Positions 43,601 through 53,744 of a DNA stretch of 64,000 bases are shown piece after piece. The DNA comes from an uncultured Planctomycetota bacterium. Its GTDB lineage: Bacteria; Planctomycetota; Planctomycetia; Gemmatales; Gemmataceae. The DNA lies in assembly GCA_963849325.1 (NCBI GenBank), contig CAWKHF010000010.1, forward strand, positions 384,001 to 448,000, written 5' to 3'. The number at the start of each line of letters is the position of its first letter. The first letter of the stretch is position 1. The position numbers and the translations under genes were made by a program. The notes under the pieces are model-generated. The model was not told the DNA's origin, did not search any database, and was given only the letters and a program-made list of their open reading frames with translations.

Positions 43601-45037
43601 ATGAAAAAGGGGAACCTGTCACGGCGCGGTTTCATGCAGCGCGCCCTGGGGGCGTTGACCGTCGCGGGACTGCCGGCCTGGTACGCTCGGGACGTACTGG
43701 CCGCGGAGGAAAAAGAGGGGAGCAAGAAGGCGTCCGCCAACGACCGTCTGACGATGGGCGTCGTCGGCATCGGCAGTCCGGCGAGCCGCAGCTTGCAGGT
43801 CATCAACGCCTCCGGCCCGAGCGTCAAATCCAAGCAGTTGACCTACGTGGTTGGCTGCGACGTCGATGCCCGTCACCGCGACCGCGCCACCGAGGAGATG
43901 CGCAAGAGGGGCTTCAAGGATTTCGCGGCCTCGTTCAAGGATTACCGCGAATTGCTCAACCACCAGGGCATCGACTGTGTCCTGGTTGCCACGCCCGACC
44001 ATTGGCACGCCCAGGTCGCCATCGACGCCATGAAGGCCGGCAAGGACGTCTACTGCGAGAAGCCGTTGACGCTGACCGTCGCCGAGTCCGTGGCGATCCA
44101 GAAGGTATCGAAGGATACGGGCAAAATCCTCCAGACCGGCAGCCAGCAGCGCAGCGAGTACGGCGGCATGTTCCGTCTCGCCGTCGAACTGGTCCGCTCC
44201 GGCCGCATCGGCAAGATCAAGACCATCGAATGTCGCATCGGCGGCAACCCGACCAGCGGCGCCATTCCGGCGGTGGCTCCTCCCGAGGGGCTGGACTGGG
44301 ACTTCTGGCTCGGCCCGACCGCCAAGGTGCCCTACCGCCAAAAGGGCAAGCAGACGAATTGCCACTACGAGTTCCGCTGGTGGTACGAATATTCCGGCGG
44401 CAAGATGACCGACTGGGGCGCTCATCACCTCGACATCGCCCAGTGGGCGATGGGCAAGGACGGCAGCGGCCCGGTGGCCGTGGAGGTCGTCAAGGCGGCC
44501 GAGCCTTACAAGGGGGGCGATGGCTACAATTGCCATCCCAATTTCCAGGTGCAATACACCTACGACAACGGTACGAAGGTGTTTGCCATGAGCGGCGGCG
44601 GCACCGATTTCGGCGACAAGCTGGTCAACAAGGACGGCGCTCCCAAGCGCAACGACGGCAAGCCCATGCGGGTCGGCCCGGACGAGAACGGCGTGCTAAT
44701 CCAGGGCGAGAGTGGCACCATCTTCGTTGGCCGCGGCGCCCTGCTGGCCAGCGACGCCAAGCTCCTGTCCGAACCGCTCAAGGAAGATCCGAAAGTCTAC
44801 GACGGCCGGCCGACCAACCACGTGCAAAATTTCGTGGATTGCGTCAAGAGCCGGAAACGACCGATCTGCAACGTCGTGGTGGGCGGCGGCTCGGTGATCG
44901 TCTGCCACATCGGCGTGATCGCCTTGCAGACGGGCAAGAAGCTGAAGTGGGATCCGCAGTCGCATCGCTTCGATGACGCCGAGGCGAACAAGCTGTTGTC
45001 CCGGCCGCGCCGCGAGCCGTGGAAGCTCAATGTCTAA
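43601..45037 (+). CDS. Tat-exported Gfo/Idh/MocA oxidoreductase
   Basis: SRRGF Tat motif, ATPDHWH, YCEKP and DWGAHHLD. Confidence 0.93.
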   Translation: MKKGNLSRRGFMQRALGALTVAGLPAWYARDVLAAEEKEGSKKASANDRLTMGVVGIGSPASRSLQVINASGPSVKSKQLTYVVGCDVDARHRDRATEEMRKRGFKDFAASFKDYRELLNHQGIDCVLVATPDHWHAQVAIDAMKAGKDVYCEKPLTLTVAESVAIQKVSKDTGKILQTGSQQRSEYGGMFRLAVELVRSGRIGKIKTIECRIGGNPTSGAIPAVAPPEGLDWDFWLGPTAKVPYRQKGKQTNCHYEFRWWYEYSGGKMTDWGAHHLDIAQWAMGKDGSGPVAVEVVKAAEPYKGGDGYNCHPNFQVQYTYDNGTKVFAMSGGGTDFGDKLVNKDGAPKRNDGKPMRVGPDENGVLIQGESGTIFVGRGALLASDAKLLSEPLKEDPKVYDGRPTNHVQNFVDCVKSRKRPICNVVVGGGSVIVCHIGVIALQTGKKLKWDPQSHRFDDAEANKLLSRPRREPWKLNV

Positions 45038-45057
45038 GGACGAGCGGACAAAACCTC

Positions 45058-45107
45058 TCCGAGCCTGAAGCGTAAGCGAAGATCTTCGCTTACGCTTCAG
45101 GCTCGGA
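45058..45107. repeat. REP doublet forming a perfect 50-bp palindrome with no spacer
   Basis: TCCGAGCCTGAAGCGTAAGCGAAGA|TCTTCGCTTACGCTTCAGGCTCGGA. Confidence 0.95.
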
Positions 45108-45109
45108 CC

Positions 45110-45634
45110 TCACATCCGCACGCGCGCGAGGTCGGCGGCGCCGACCAGTACGCCCAGCGGTATCCAGATCCAGACGACCTCACTGACCAGGGCACGCAGT
45201 CCCCAGCGGCTGAAGACGCCCAGTCCAATGGGAGACACCCGCACCGGACGCCAGGGCAGGAAATAACGGCGGTTGTCGAAGGGAGCGAAGAAGGCGATGC
45301 CCATGCCGCCGTCGGTCAGCGCGTCGAGCAGACTGTGGACGACCACGACCATCCAAGAGAAACCAGCCAGCAGCCACCAGGGCACGGCGAAGCAGGCGTG
45401 GCCGAGGGCGGCCACGATCAGGCTCAAGAGCGCGGCACAAAAGAGCGAGTGCGACAAGCCACGGTGGCCGAAACGTGAGCCGTAAGGGATGCCGAAGCGG
45501 AAAGCTACCACGTCCAGGTCCGGGGCCAGCGACAGAGCGGCCGACAGGACGTAGAAGGCCGGCGGCATCGGTCGGGTTGCGAACACTTCGGCCAGGCCCA
45601 CGCCGACCAGGGCGTGCGTCAGGGTCGTGGGCAT
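45110..45634 (-). CDS. YdjM-like membrane metal-dependent hydrolase
   Basis: THA, PDLDV, GHRGLSHS and HSLLDALT. Confidence 0.88.
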   Translation of the reverse strand: MPTTLTHALVGVGLAEVFATRPMPPAFYVLSAALSLAPDLDVVAFRFGIPYGSRFGHRGLSHSLFCAALLSLIVAALGHACFAVPWWLLAGFSWMVVVVHSLLDALTDGGMGIAFFAPFDNRRYFLPWRPVRVSPIGLGVFSRWGLRALVSEVVWIWIPLGVLVGAADLARVRM

Positions 45635-45641
45635 TCGTTCC

Positions 45642-46506
45642 TCATCCTTGTAGGGAGCCTTCCATCCGCGACAGGTCGTCGCGGACCTTCTGGCCTTGCT
45701 GCAACATCGCTTCCAGGGCGGCGGCATCCTCTTGCGTCAGGATCTGGCGGAAGCGGTGCAATTGCGCTTCGAGCCGGTCCAGCGCTTCGAGCAGGTGCGT
45801 TCGGTTGGCGCGGAAGATCGCCGACCACAGGCCCGGCTGACCGGCGGCCAGCCGCGTCGTGTCGCGGAAGCCGGTCGCGGTAAGGTCGTACAGTTCCGGC
45901 GGCAGGATGCTCGCCAGGGCCGACGAGAGCAGGTGCGGCAGGTGGCTCGTGAGGGCGAGAGCGCGATCGTGCTCCTCGGCGTCCATCACGCTGCACGCAC
46001 GCGCCCAGGGCCGACCAGAAGTCGCGGATTCGTGACAGGGCGTTGTCACTGGTGTTCGCGTCCGGCGTGACGATCACCAGCCGGCCCTCCAGCAAACCGG
46101 CGTTGGCGTGAGCAAGTCCATGTTTCTCCGAACCGGCTAAGGGATGACTGCCGACGAACTCGACGCCAGCGGGCAGCTGGCCGCGCACGTCGCGGACGAT
46201 GGTCGCCTTGGTGCTGCCCACGTCGGTCAACAGCGCGCCGGGGCGGCAATGACCCGCCGCCTCGACGACGGCGGAGGCGATGACGTCCACCGGCGGACAG
46301 AAGACCACGAGGTCGGCATCCGCCACGGCGGCGGATGGTTGCGGATGCGCCTCGTCGAGCATTCCGTCGCGGAGCGCCTGCTCCAGCACGAGAGGTTGTG
46401 CATCGGCGCCGACGATGCGGGCGGCGACACCGCGACGCCGCGCGGCCAGGGCGATGGAGCCGCCCAGCAGACCGACGCCGACGATGGCCAGAGTGGGAAT
46501 GCGCAT
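45642..46506 (-). CDS. tyrA: Prephenate dehydrogenase, frameshift near 45995
   Basis: IVGVGLLGGS, TDVGSTK, HPLAGSE, HDRALALTSHLPH and GFRDTTRLA. Confidence 0.92.
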
Positions 46507-46521
46507 GTCCTACCTGAGAAG

Positions 46522-46607
46522 AGGGAATAGGGAATAGGGAATAAGGGAGTAGGGAAGAGAAGAAGACTCTTCCCTACTCCCTATTCCCTATTCCCTATTC
46601 CCTATTT
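46522..46607. repeat. Inverted heptamer repeat (AGGGAAT)n / (ATTCCCT)n
   Basis: About 5 units per arm; supplies the GNRE* terminus of the esterase gene. Confidence 0.92.
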
Positions 46608-48106
46608 CCTGCTGCGTGCGCCGGAACCGTTCGGCCATCTCCCGTGCGATGCGGGCACGGATCGCCTGGTCGCGCAGTCCGTGGTCGCGGCCAGGGTGGA
46701 CCTCGACAACCGCGTCGCTGCCCAGCCGGGTCAGCGACTCCTTCCAGCGCATCACGGCGCCGTCGAGGTAGAACGTGTCGGCGCCGCCGGTCCATACGTG
46801 CAGTTTGCCGGCCAGCTTGGGGGCCGAGCGCTTTCCAGTTGCGTTCGAGCACCCGGCGGATGTCGTAACCCTCCCACGTCTTCGCCACCTCCGGGTCGAT
46901 GGTCCCGGTAGCGCGGTCCCAGAGCCGGCGCGGCCGGCCATCGGGACCGCGCGGGCTGAAGACCGCCTCGAACGAGCCGAGCTGTCCGCCGTGGCCCATC
47001 ACCTCTTCCATGTCCGAGAAGGGCTTGAAGAAGAGGACCGGCTTGCCGCCCTGGCGCGCGAGCGGCCGCTTCTCGCCGCGCCCGTCCACGAACAGGTTGG
47101 CGTCCGGCCTCGTCAGGTCGATGCGCTGGAAATCGCGGAAATCGACCGGGTCGGGCGACGTGGACCAAACACCGTTGAAGTGCTCGGGGTAGGTGATTTG
47201 CAACCATAGGCTGCTCCAGCCGCCGGACGAGTGGCCGGTGACGAAGCGCGCCTGGCCGCTGCCGATGGCCCGATACGTCGTCTCGATGTGGGGGATCAGC
47301 TCCTCGATAAGGGCGCGGCCGCACGGGCCGTTGTTGGCCGAGTCCGCGAAGACGTGATGGCCGAGGCGGCAACTCGGGTCGAGGACGACGTAGATCATTT
47401 CCACGCCCGCCACGTCGGTCGCGTCGCGCTGGGCGGCGGCAGGCGCGCCGAAGTGCGTGCCGCTGAATCCGGGAACTTCGTAAACGACGGGGTAGCGCCG
47501 GCGCGGGTCGGCGGCGTAGGAGCGCGGCAGAACGACGCCGGCGCGCAGGTGCGTCGAACGGCCGTGGAAGGCCGTCAGCAACTTGCTCTCGATGTCCACC
47601 AGCTTGACGCGCTCCGTCTGGGGGAACGGCCGCGTTTTGTGTACCTGGTCGATCTTCAATGCCACCGGCCCGCTCCCGGCGCCGTCCAGTTCACGGCGGA
47701 CGGTTGCGCTATGGCCGTTGCCGTCGGCGGTGCTGAAACTGCGGCCGCCTCGATCGAAGTCCATGACCGCCTGGATGGAGTAGGTCGCCTTGGGTACTTT
47801 CGCCATCGCCGCCGGGAAGGCGAGCGCGTCGCCGCCGAGGACGATTGTCTGCCCCGGCCGCCAGTCCTTGACGTCCTTGGCGAAGAACGGCTCGGGTCGG
47901 AACCAATCGGGTCCGGGGCGCAATTCCTTGACGTCCTGCCGGAAAAGCATGACGTAGACGCGGCCGGTGAACGGCTGCGCCGAAACGCCGCGCTCAAAGG
48001 TCAAGTGAAACTCCAGCGGACGTTGCTGGGCGTCGGCCCCGTTCGGGGCCAGCAGCAGCAACAGACCGGCGACGCGAACCGGGAGACGATTCGTTGTCAG
48101 CGACAT
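46588..48106 (-). CDS. Secreted alpha/beta hydrolase (putative esterase), frameshift near 46820
   Basis: Signal peptide, GHSSGG nucleophile elbow and GGADTFYL...DH. Confidence 0.85.
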
Positions 48107-48225
48107 AAGCGGGATCCTCGCCTCACCGAAACGAGTCCTGGACTGCGGATAAAACAGCAGTGTAAAGGGACTCTCCCGTGCGGAGCAAGGCCGATCCATA
48201 TTCCCCCGGTAGGGAAGTTCCGCCT

Positions 48226-48276
48226 GGAGGACGGCCTTCCTAGGCCGTCCGGGACGGGCTGGGAAGACCGTCTTAC
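48226..48276. repeat. REP-like pair (GGACGGCCTTCCTAGGCCGTC family)
   Basis: GGACGGCCTTCCTAGGCCGTC followed by the imperfect inverse GACGGGCTGGGAAGACCGTCTTAC. Confidence 0.6.
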
Positions 48277-48341
48277 AGGATGCTCTTGCGGGCCGAGGGA
48301 ATAAGAATGGGAGAAAACCTGGGAAAACGATGAATCGGATA

Positions 48342-48369
48342 TTGACATCCAGAAATCCCTTATTAGAGT
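48342..48369 (+). promoter_or_regulatory. Putative sigma-70 promoter of the cytochrome c gene
   Basis: TTGACA-16 nt-TAGAGT in an AT-rich patch. Confidence 0.5.
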
Positions 48370-48605
48370 GAAGGGTTATCGGCCCTCAGAAGATTTACTC
48401 CTTTACGGGTGCTTTCTCCGCGCACCCGCCGGCGCGTGCCGGGCCATCTGGGGGGATGGTCCCTCGACGTGATGTCCCGGAGAATGTCCGGCGATTGGCC
48501 AACCGCGTCTTCTCGCCCTTCCAGAGATCGCCGCATCGAATCCGTGTCCGGCAGGCAAAAGGCGGAGGGGACAGCTCTTCAATCGAGAAAGGCGGTGGGA
48601 CGATC

Positions 48606-50282
48606 ATGACTCGAAACATGCGCCTGGGCACAGCGATCGTTGGAGGGATGGCCGTCATCGCGGCTGTCGCCTGGCTCTCCTATTCCCTGGGCTCGCGGGC
48701 GGGGGAGAAGAAGTATCACGTCATCAGTGGCTTCGCCTGGGGCCGCGACGAATGGGCCGAACGCACCAAGGGAATTCGGACCAGCTACAACCCCGACGAC
48801 GATCTCAATGCCGACACGCTCACCCTCGTGCCCGGCGACGAGCGCTGGCTGGACTTCATGTACTGGTGCTACAACAACAAGATGATCGAGCATCAGGTCG
48901 AGGCCTACGGAGGGACGGAATGGGAGGGGCCCAAGGGCGGCGTGCTGTTTCACTGGGCCCCCGGCTCGCGCTGGGAGACGCATACGCTGGCCAGCTTCGG
49001 ATTCACCGTCGGCCACGTCATCGGCGAGCATCGCTGGACCGACACGATGTTCCCCGACTTCTTCGAGAAGTACGGCGGCGTCTATGGCATCAACGTCAAG
49101 GACCGCTTGACCGAGATCGACCCGTCCTCGCCGGCGGCCTGGGTGGAATTCCTCGACTTCGGCGGCGGCGCCAACAGCCCCCACTATCGCTATCTGTTTC
49201 ATCGCCCGGCGGTGATCGACCCCGTACACGAGCGCGTCTATCTGCTCGGCGGCCAGGGGGTGGGCTTCGAGTATACTTTCGAGCGCTTCTATCATGAGGT
49301 GCGCGAGGTGCTCACCGACGCCAAGGCGTTCCAGTTTTTCCAGCTCTACGATACCTACGGTCCCGGTTTCGCCAGCCGCGGCGGCTGGGCGCGGAACAAC
49401 TTGAGCCCGCATCTGCGTGACCTGTACGCGCTCAACGACGAGAGCCATTGGGCCACCCGGCCTGGCGTCGCCAAGTCGGTCAAGTATCAACCCAATCCGC
49501 CGGCGCCGGTCCTGCCCACCGAGTTGCCCGAGCCGGATGCGGTTCGACGTGGGCAGGCCATCTATCACAACCAATGCGCCGTCTGTCACGGCATCGGCGG
49601 CGACGGCAACGGCTTTCTCGCCTACGGCTTTGACGTGAAACCGCGCGATTTCCGCCAGGGTTGGTACAAGTTCCGCTCGACCCGGAACGGCGAACTGCCC
49701 ACCTTCGACGACGTCGAGCGTACCATCCGCCAGGGTGTGCCCAATAGCACGATGCCAGCGTGGGGACAGTTCCTTTCGCCGTCGGAGATTCACGACGTGG
49801 CCCGCTATCTGGCTACCTTCTCCGAGCGTTTCACGGACGCCTGGAGGGAGTCGCGGCAACCGCAAAAGTTGACGGTCCCCGAGGCGCCCGCGGACCTCGC
49901 CGTCCTCAGCGGTCGGGGCGCCGAACTGTACAAGTCGCTCAGTTGCAACAGTTGTCACGGCGACAAAGGCCAGGGCAATGGCTCCTCGGCCGCCACCTTG
50001 AAAGACAACTGGGAGATCCCCACGACGCCCACCGACCTCACCTACAAATGGCTGTTCAAAAATGGCCACGCGCCGGCCGACGTTTACCGCACTATCGTCG
50101 GCGGACTGGCGGGTACGCCGATGCCAGCGACGGAGGGGGCGGTCTCCGACGAGCGCGATCGGTGGGCGCTGGTGTCCTACGTCCTTTCCCTTTCCCCCGC
50201 CGAGCGTCCCGCCCTGCACTTGTCGGACTTCAAACGTCGCTTGCCGGCGGCGATTGACAAACGCGGGATCGTGAGGAGATAG
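48606..50282 (+). CDS. Exported dihaem c-type cytochrome with an unassigned N-terminal domain
   Basis: N-terminal TM/signal; CAVCH and CNSCH; PRDF..G.YKFRST and MP axial-ligand motifs. Confidence 0.88.
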   Translation: MTRNMRLGTAIVGGMAVIAAVAWLSYSLGSRAGEKKYHVISGFAWGRDEWAERTKGIRTSYNPDDDLNADTLTLVPGDERWLDFMYWCYNNKMIEHQVEAYGGTEWEGPKGGVLFHWAPGSRWETHTLASFGFTVGHVIGEHRWTDTMFPDFFEKYGGVYGINVKDRLTEIDPSSPAAWVEFLDFGGGANSPHYRYLFHRPAVIDPVHERVYLLGGQGVGFEYTFERFYHEVREVLTDAKAFQFFQLYDTYGPGFASRGGWARNNLSPHLRDLYALNDESHWATRPGVAKSVKYQPNPPAPVLPTELPEPDAVRRGQAIYHNQCAVCHGIGGDGNGFLAYGFDVKPRDFRQGWYKFRSTRNGELPTFDDVERTIRQGVPNSTMPAWGQFLSPSEIHDVARYLATFSERFTDAWRESRQPQKLTVPEAPADLAVLSGRGAELYKSLSCNSCHGDKGQGNGSSAATLKDNWEIPTTPTDLTYKWLFKNGHAPADVYRTIVGGLAGTPMPATEGAVSDERDRWALVSYVLSLSPAERPALHLSDFKRRLPAAIDKRGIVRR

Positions 50283-50285
50283 CGT

Positions 50286-50453
50286 ATGCGTTGGACCTAT
50301 TCCCGAGTGATTTTGTGCGTTGTGCTGCTCGCGGCGGTCGTGACGACCACCGTCCTCGCCGTTGGGACCGGCCGCCGCGACCGTCCCCAACGGCTCATGA
50401 ACGTCGGCGGCTCGACCAATCCGTGTACCTGCACGCAGCGCCTCGAACGGTGA
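50286..50453 (+). CDS. Small secreted peptide (55 aa) with a CxC motif
   Basis: GAGGAG RBS; MRWTYSRVILCVVLLAAVVTTTVLA...NPCTCTQRLER*. Not listed in the ORF track. Confidence 0.55.
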   Translation: MRWTYSRVILCVVLLAAVVTTTVLAVGTGRRDRPQRLMNVGGSTNPCTCTQRLER

Positions 50454-50627
50454 CGGTCTCCGCCATCGAGGTCCGAAGCGTGAGCGCGGGAAAGGTCTTC
50501 TCGTGCGCACCTTTCGGACTCCGACGTTTGGCCTCGTTTTTCCTCCGGACCTGGTATACACTTTGCAATGAGTAACCTGCCTCACCCGCCCTCCCGCCGC
50601 CGACCTCACCACCCGGGGGACTTGACG

Positions 50628-51989
50628 ATGTTGAACCTGTCCATGAACGAACGTCATCGTTATTGTGATGGCCTCAGCCGCCGCGGCTTTCTCCAGGCCG
50701 GCGTCCTCGGCGCGGCTGGACTGGCCCTGCCCGACTGGCTCCGCCTGAAGGCCCGCGCTTCCGAGAGCGGACAGGCCGCCCGCGACACCGCCGTCATTCT
50801 CATCTGGCTGGATGGCGGGCCGACGCACCTCGATACGTATGACCTCAAGCCGGAGGCTCCGGCCGAGTATCGCGGCGAGTTGAAGCCGATCCGCACCAAC
50901 GTGCCCGGTATCGACATCTGCGAATACTTCCCCGAGCAGGCGAAGGTCATGGACAAACTGGCCATCGTCCGCTCGCTGCACCACACGACGGGCGACCACT
51001 TCGCGGCCGCCCACTGGATGCTGACCGGCTACTTCGGCTCGACGGCGGTCAAGCTCGATGCCATGTATCCGTCTGCCGGCTCCATCACGGCCAAGCTGCG
51101 CGGCGCCAATCGGCCGGGACTGCCGGCCTACGTCGCCGTACCCAACGCCGCCAGCGTCGGCCTGGTCCCCGGCTACAACGGCGGTGCGTACCTCGGCACC
51201 TCATACAACCCCTTCCAGACCGGCAGCGATCCCAACGCGGCGAACTTCTCGGTGCGCAACCTGACACTGCCCGGCGGCCTGACGCTGGGTCAACTGGAAG
51301 ACCGCAAACGACTGCTCGGCAGCTTCGACACCCTTCGCCGCGACGTCGACCGCAGCGGCACGCTGGACAGCCTCGACAAGTTTCAGCGCGACGCCTACGA
51401 GATGATCTCCGGGCCGGCCGCCCGGCGCGCCTTCGACATCGGCGCCGAGGATCCGCGCCTGCGCGATCGCTACGGCCGGCACACCTGGGGGCAGAGCTGT
51501 CTGCTGGCCCGACGCCTCGTCGAGTCCGGTGTGACATTCGTGACCGTCCCCATGGCCGGGTGGGACCATCACGCCAACATTTTCCCGGGCATGAAGAACT
51601 TGCTGCCCCGCGTCGATCGCGCCGTCGCCGCCCTGGTGCGCGATCTCAGCGAGCGCGGCCTGTACGAGCGGGTGGCCGTGTGCCTGTGCGGCGAGTTCGG
51701 CCGAGCGCCGCGGTTGACCAATTTTCCGGGCCAGCCCGGCGTCGGCCGCGATCACTGGGGCGAGGCCGGCTTCGTGCTCCTGGGTGGCGGCGGACTCAAG
51801 ACCGGCGTCACGGTCGGCGCCACGACCGCCAAGGGCGAGCGGCCGAAGGAGCACCCCGTCAGCCCCGCCGACATGCTGGCGACGCTCTATCACGTCCTGG
51901 GCATCGATACCAAGCAAACCTTCCTCGACCGCTCCGGCCGACCGCACCCGATCCTCAACGGCGGCGAGGCGATCGCCGAATTGGTGTAA
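50628..51989 (+). CDS. DUF1501 domain protein
   Basis: SRRGFL, WLDGGPTHLDTYDLKP, LLARRLVESGV, WDHH and GEFGR...GRDHW. Confidence 0.93.
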   Translation: MLNLSMNERHRYCDGLSRRGFLQAGVLGAAGLALPDWLRLKARASESGQAARDTAVILIWLDGGPTHLDTYDLKPEAPAEYRGELKPIRTNVPGIDICEYFPEQAKVMDKLAIVRSLHHTTGDHFAAAHWMLTGYFGSTAVKLDAMYPSAGSITAKLRGANRPGLPAYVAVPNAASVGLVPGYNGGAYLGTSYNPFQTGSDPNAANFSVRNLTLPGGLTLGQLEDRKRLLGSFDTLRRDVDRSGTLDSLDKFQRDAYEMISGPAARRAFDIGAEDPRLRDRYGRHTWGQSCLLARRLVESGVTFVTVPMAGWDHHANIFPGMKNLLPRVDRAVAALVRDLSERGLYERVAVCLCGEFGRAPRLTNFPGQPGVGRDHWGEAGFVLLGGGGLKTGVTVGATTAKGERPKEHPVSPADMLATLYHVLGIDTKQTFLDRSGRPHPILNGGEAIAELV

Positions 51990-51992
51990 GCC

Positions 51993-52047
51993 TCCGAGCC
52001 TGAAGCGTAAGCGAAGAGTCTTCCTTCGCTTACGCTTCAGGCTCGGA
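51993..52047. repeat. REP doublet containing the stop codon of the convergent gene
   Basis: TCCGAGCCTGAAGCGTAAGCGAAG...CTTCGCTTACGCTTCAGGCTCGGA. Confidence 0.95.
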
Positions 52048-52251
52048 AGGGTTTGTCTCCTTGCCGTTCAATTTCGCCTGTTCGCGCATCATGGCGTCGG
52101 CGAACAGGTACGCCTCCTCGGCGACGCGCAGGGCGTATTGGTCCGGCGATTCGGCCCCCGATTTCTTCGGCGCGTTGGGTCCGCCCAGAAGTCCCTGCAA
52201 GGCGTGCCCAGCGAACCAGTCGCGCAAATCCATTTGTTGCTCTTCCGTCAT
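52030..52251 (-). CDS. Small protein resembling phage 'LRDxFA..A.QG...AY..ADAM' proteins
   Basis: DLRDWFAGHALQGLL...EEAYLFADAMMRE, with a GGAG RBS. Confidence 0.7.
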   Translation of the reverse strand: MTEEQQMDLRDWFAGHALQGLLGGPNAPKKSGAESPDQYALRVAEEAYLFADAMMREQAKLNGKETNPSEPEA

Positions 52252-52445
52252 GGCGCTTTCTCCGCGTGGCAAGAATGGGCGGCGAGACTCGCCACCATGC
52301 AGCGTAAGGCTCGGCGTTCCGCTTGTCTATGGGGACGGTGCGCCGCCTCCGCCTTGACGGCGCGCGATAAAAAAACCTACGATTACAAGGCAAGGATGCT
52401 CGCCGTCGAGACTTTCTCACGGCGTCCCTCACAAGGACCCGAGTT

Positions 52446-53603
52446 ATGATGTATCAGCACAAGCTCGTTCGCCACAAGACCCGCGAAGTCGCGGTCGGCG
52501 ACAAGGTCGTCGGCGGCGACAACCCCATCTGGGTGCAGTCGATGACGGTCCCGGACACCCACCTCGTCGAGGAGGTGATCGCCCAGATTCACCGGCTGGA
52601 GGAGGCCGGCTGCGAGATGGTGCGCGTCACCGTGCCCAAGGCCGAGGACGCCGCCGTCCTGGGCGAGATCAAGCGACGCATCCACATCCCGCTGATCTGC
52701 GACATCCACTTCGACTACAAGATGGCGCTGGCCGCCCTCGACCACCCCATCGACAAGATCCGCATCAACCCCGGCAACATCGGCGGCTACGACCGCTATC
52801 GCCAGGTCATCCGCAAGGCCAAGGACAAGGGCCTGCCCATGCGCATCGGCGTCAACGCCGGCAGCCTGGAGCGCGAGATGGCCATGAAGTACGGCTTCCC
52901 CTGTCCGCCGGCCATGGTCGACAGCGCCCTGCGCTACATCGAGATCGCCGAGTCCGAGGGCTATCACGACCTGATCGTATCGCTCAAGTCCAGTGACGTG
53001 ATCATGGCCGTGGAAGCGTATCGCCTGTACGCCAAGCAGGCCAATTACCCGACGCACATCGGCATCACCGAGGCGGGCAAGGCGCCTTACGCCGTGACCA
53101 AATCGGCGTGCGGCCTGGCCCCGATCCTGCTGGACGGCATCGGCGACACCATCCGCATCAGCCTGCTGGGCGATCCGGTGCCGGAGATCGCCGCCGCCTT
53201 CGACATCCTGCAGGCGACGCAGCGGCGCGTGCGCAAGCCGGAGCTGATCGCCTGTCCGACCTGCGGCCGGCTGGAGATCGACCTGGAGGGGATCATCGCC
53301 AAGGTCGAGCAGCGGCTGGCGGGCCGCAAGACGCCGGTGAAGATCAGCATTCTCGGCTGCGTGGTCAACGGGCCCGGCGAGGCGCGCGAGGCGGACCTGG
53401 GCATCGCGGCCGGCAAGGGCAAGGGCGTCATCTTCAAGCGCGGCGAGATCATCCGCCACGTCCTGGAAAACGAGATGGTCGATGCCCTGCTCGAAGAGAT
53501 CGACAAGTGGGAAGAGGAAGAAACCGCCCAGGGCACGCTGCCCCGCGAGAAGCGGGCGGAGACGGACCACGGCCGCGTGCGCCTGCCGCTGCGCTCCTCG
53601 TGA
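52446..53603 (+). CDS. ispG: (E)-4-hydroxy-3-methylbut-2-enyl diphosphate synthase
   Basis: VQSMT, DIHFD, RINPGNIG, GVNAGSL, CPTCGR and GCVVNGPGE. Confidence 0.97.
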   Translation: MMYQHKLVRHKTREVAVGDKVVGGDNPIWVQSMTVPDTHLVEEVIAQIHRLEEAGCEMVRVTVPKAEDAAVLGEIKRRIHIPLICDIHFDYKMALAALDHPIDKIRINPGNIGGYDRYRQVIRKAKDKGLPMRIGVNAGSLEREMAMKYGFPCPPAMVDSALRYIEIAESEGYHDLIVSLKSSDVIMAVEAYRLYAKQANYPTHIGITEAGKAPYAVTKSACGLAPILLDGIGDTIRISLLGDPVPEIAAAFDILQATQRRVRKPELIACPTCGRLEIDLEGIIAKVEQRLAGRKTPVKISILGCVVNGPGEAREADLGIAAGKGKGVIFKRGEIIRHVLENEMVDALLEEIDKWEEEETAQGTLPREKRAETDHGRVRLPLRSS

Positions 53604-53604
53604 C

Positions 53605-53660
53605 TCGTGGATCGTGATTCGTGGATCGTCTCTTCTCGATCCACGAATCACGATCCACGA
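53605..53660. repeat. Inverted heptamer repeat (TCGTGGA/TCGTGAT units)
   Basis: Perfect 24-bp arms with an 8-nt loop, immediately after the ispG stop. Confidence 0.95.
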
Positions 53661-53744
53661 CCGCGACCGTAGCCTTCTCCTCCGCATTCGTGGTAGAATC
53701 CCATCTCCAGACGATCCCGAACTGGGCCACGGACTTCGCGGACT

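Noticed and set aside
48579-51014. Long antisense or alternative-frame ORFs (for example 811 aa here, also 21601-23397, 29697-31340, 41669-43294, 52383-54833)
   Set aside because: They are shadow ORFs of well-supported genes in high-GC DNA and have no recognisable motifs.
28950-52047. REP or heptamer repeats as a CRISPR array
   Set aside because: The copies are dispersed inverted doublets with no regular spacers, and no cas genes are present.
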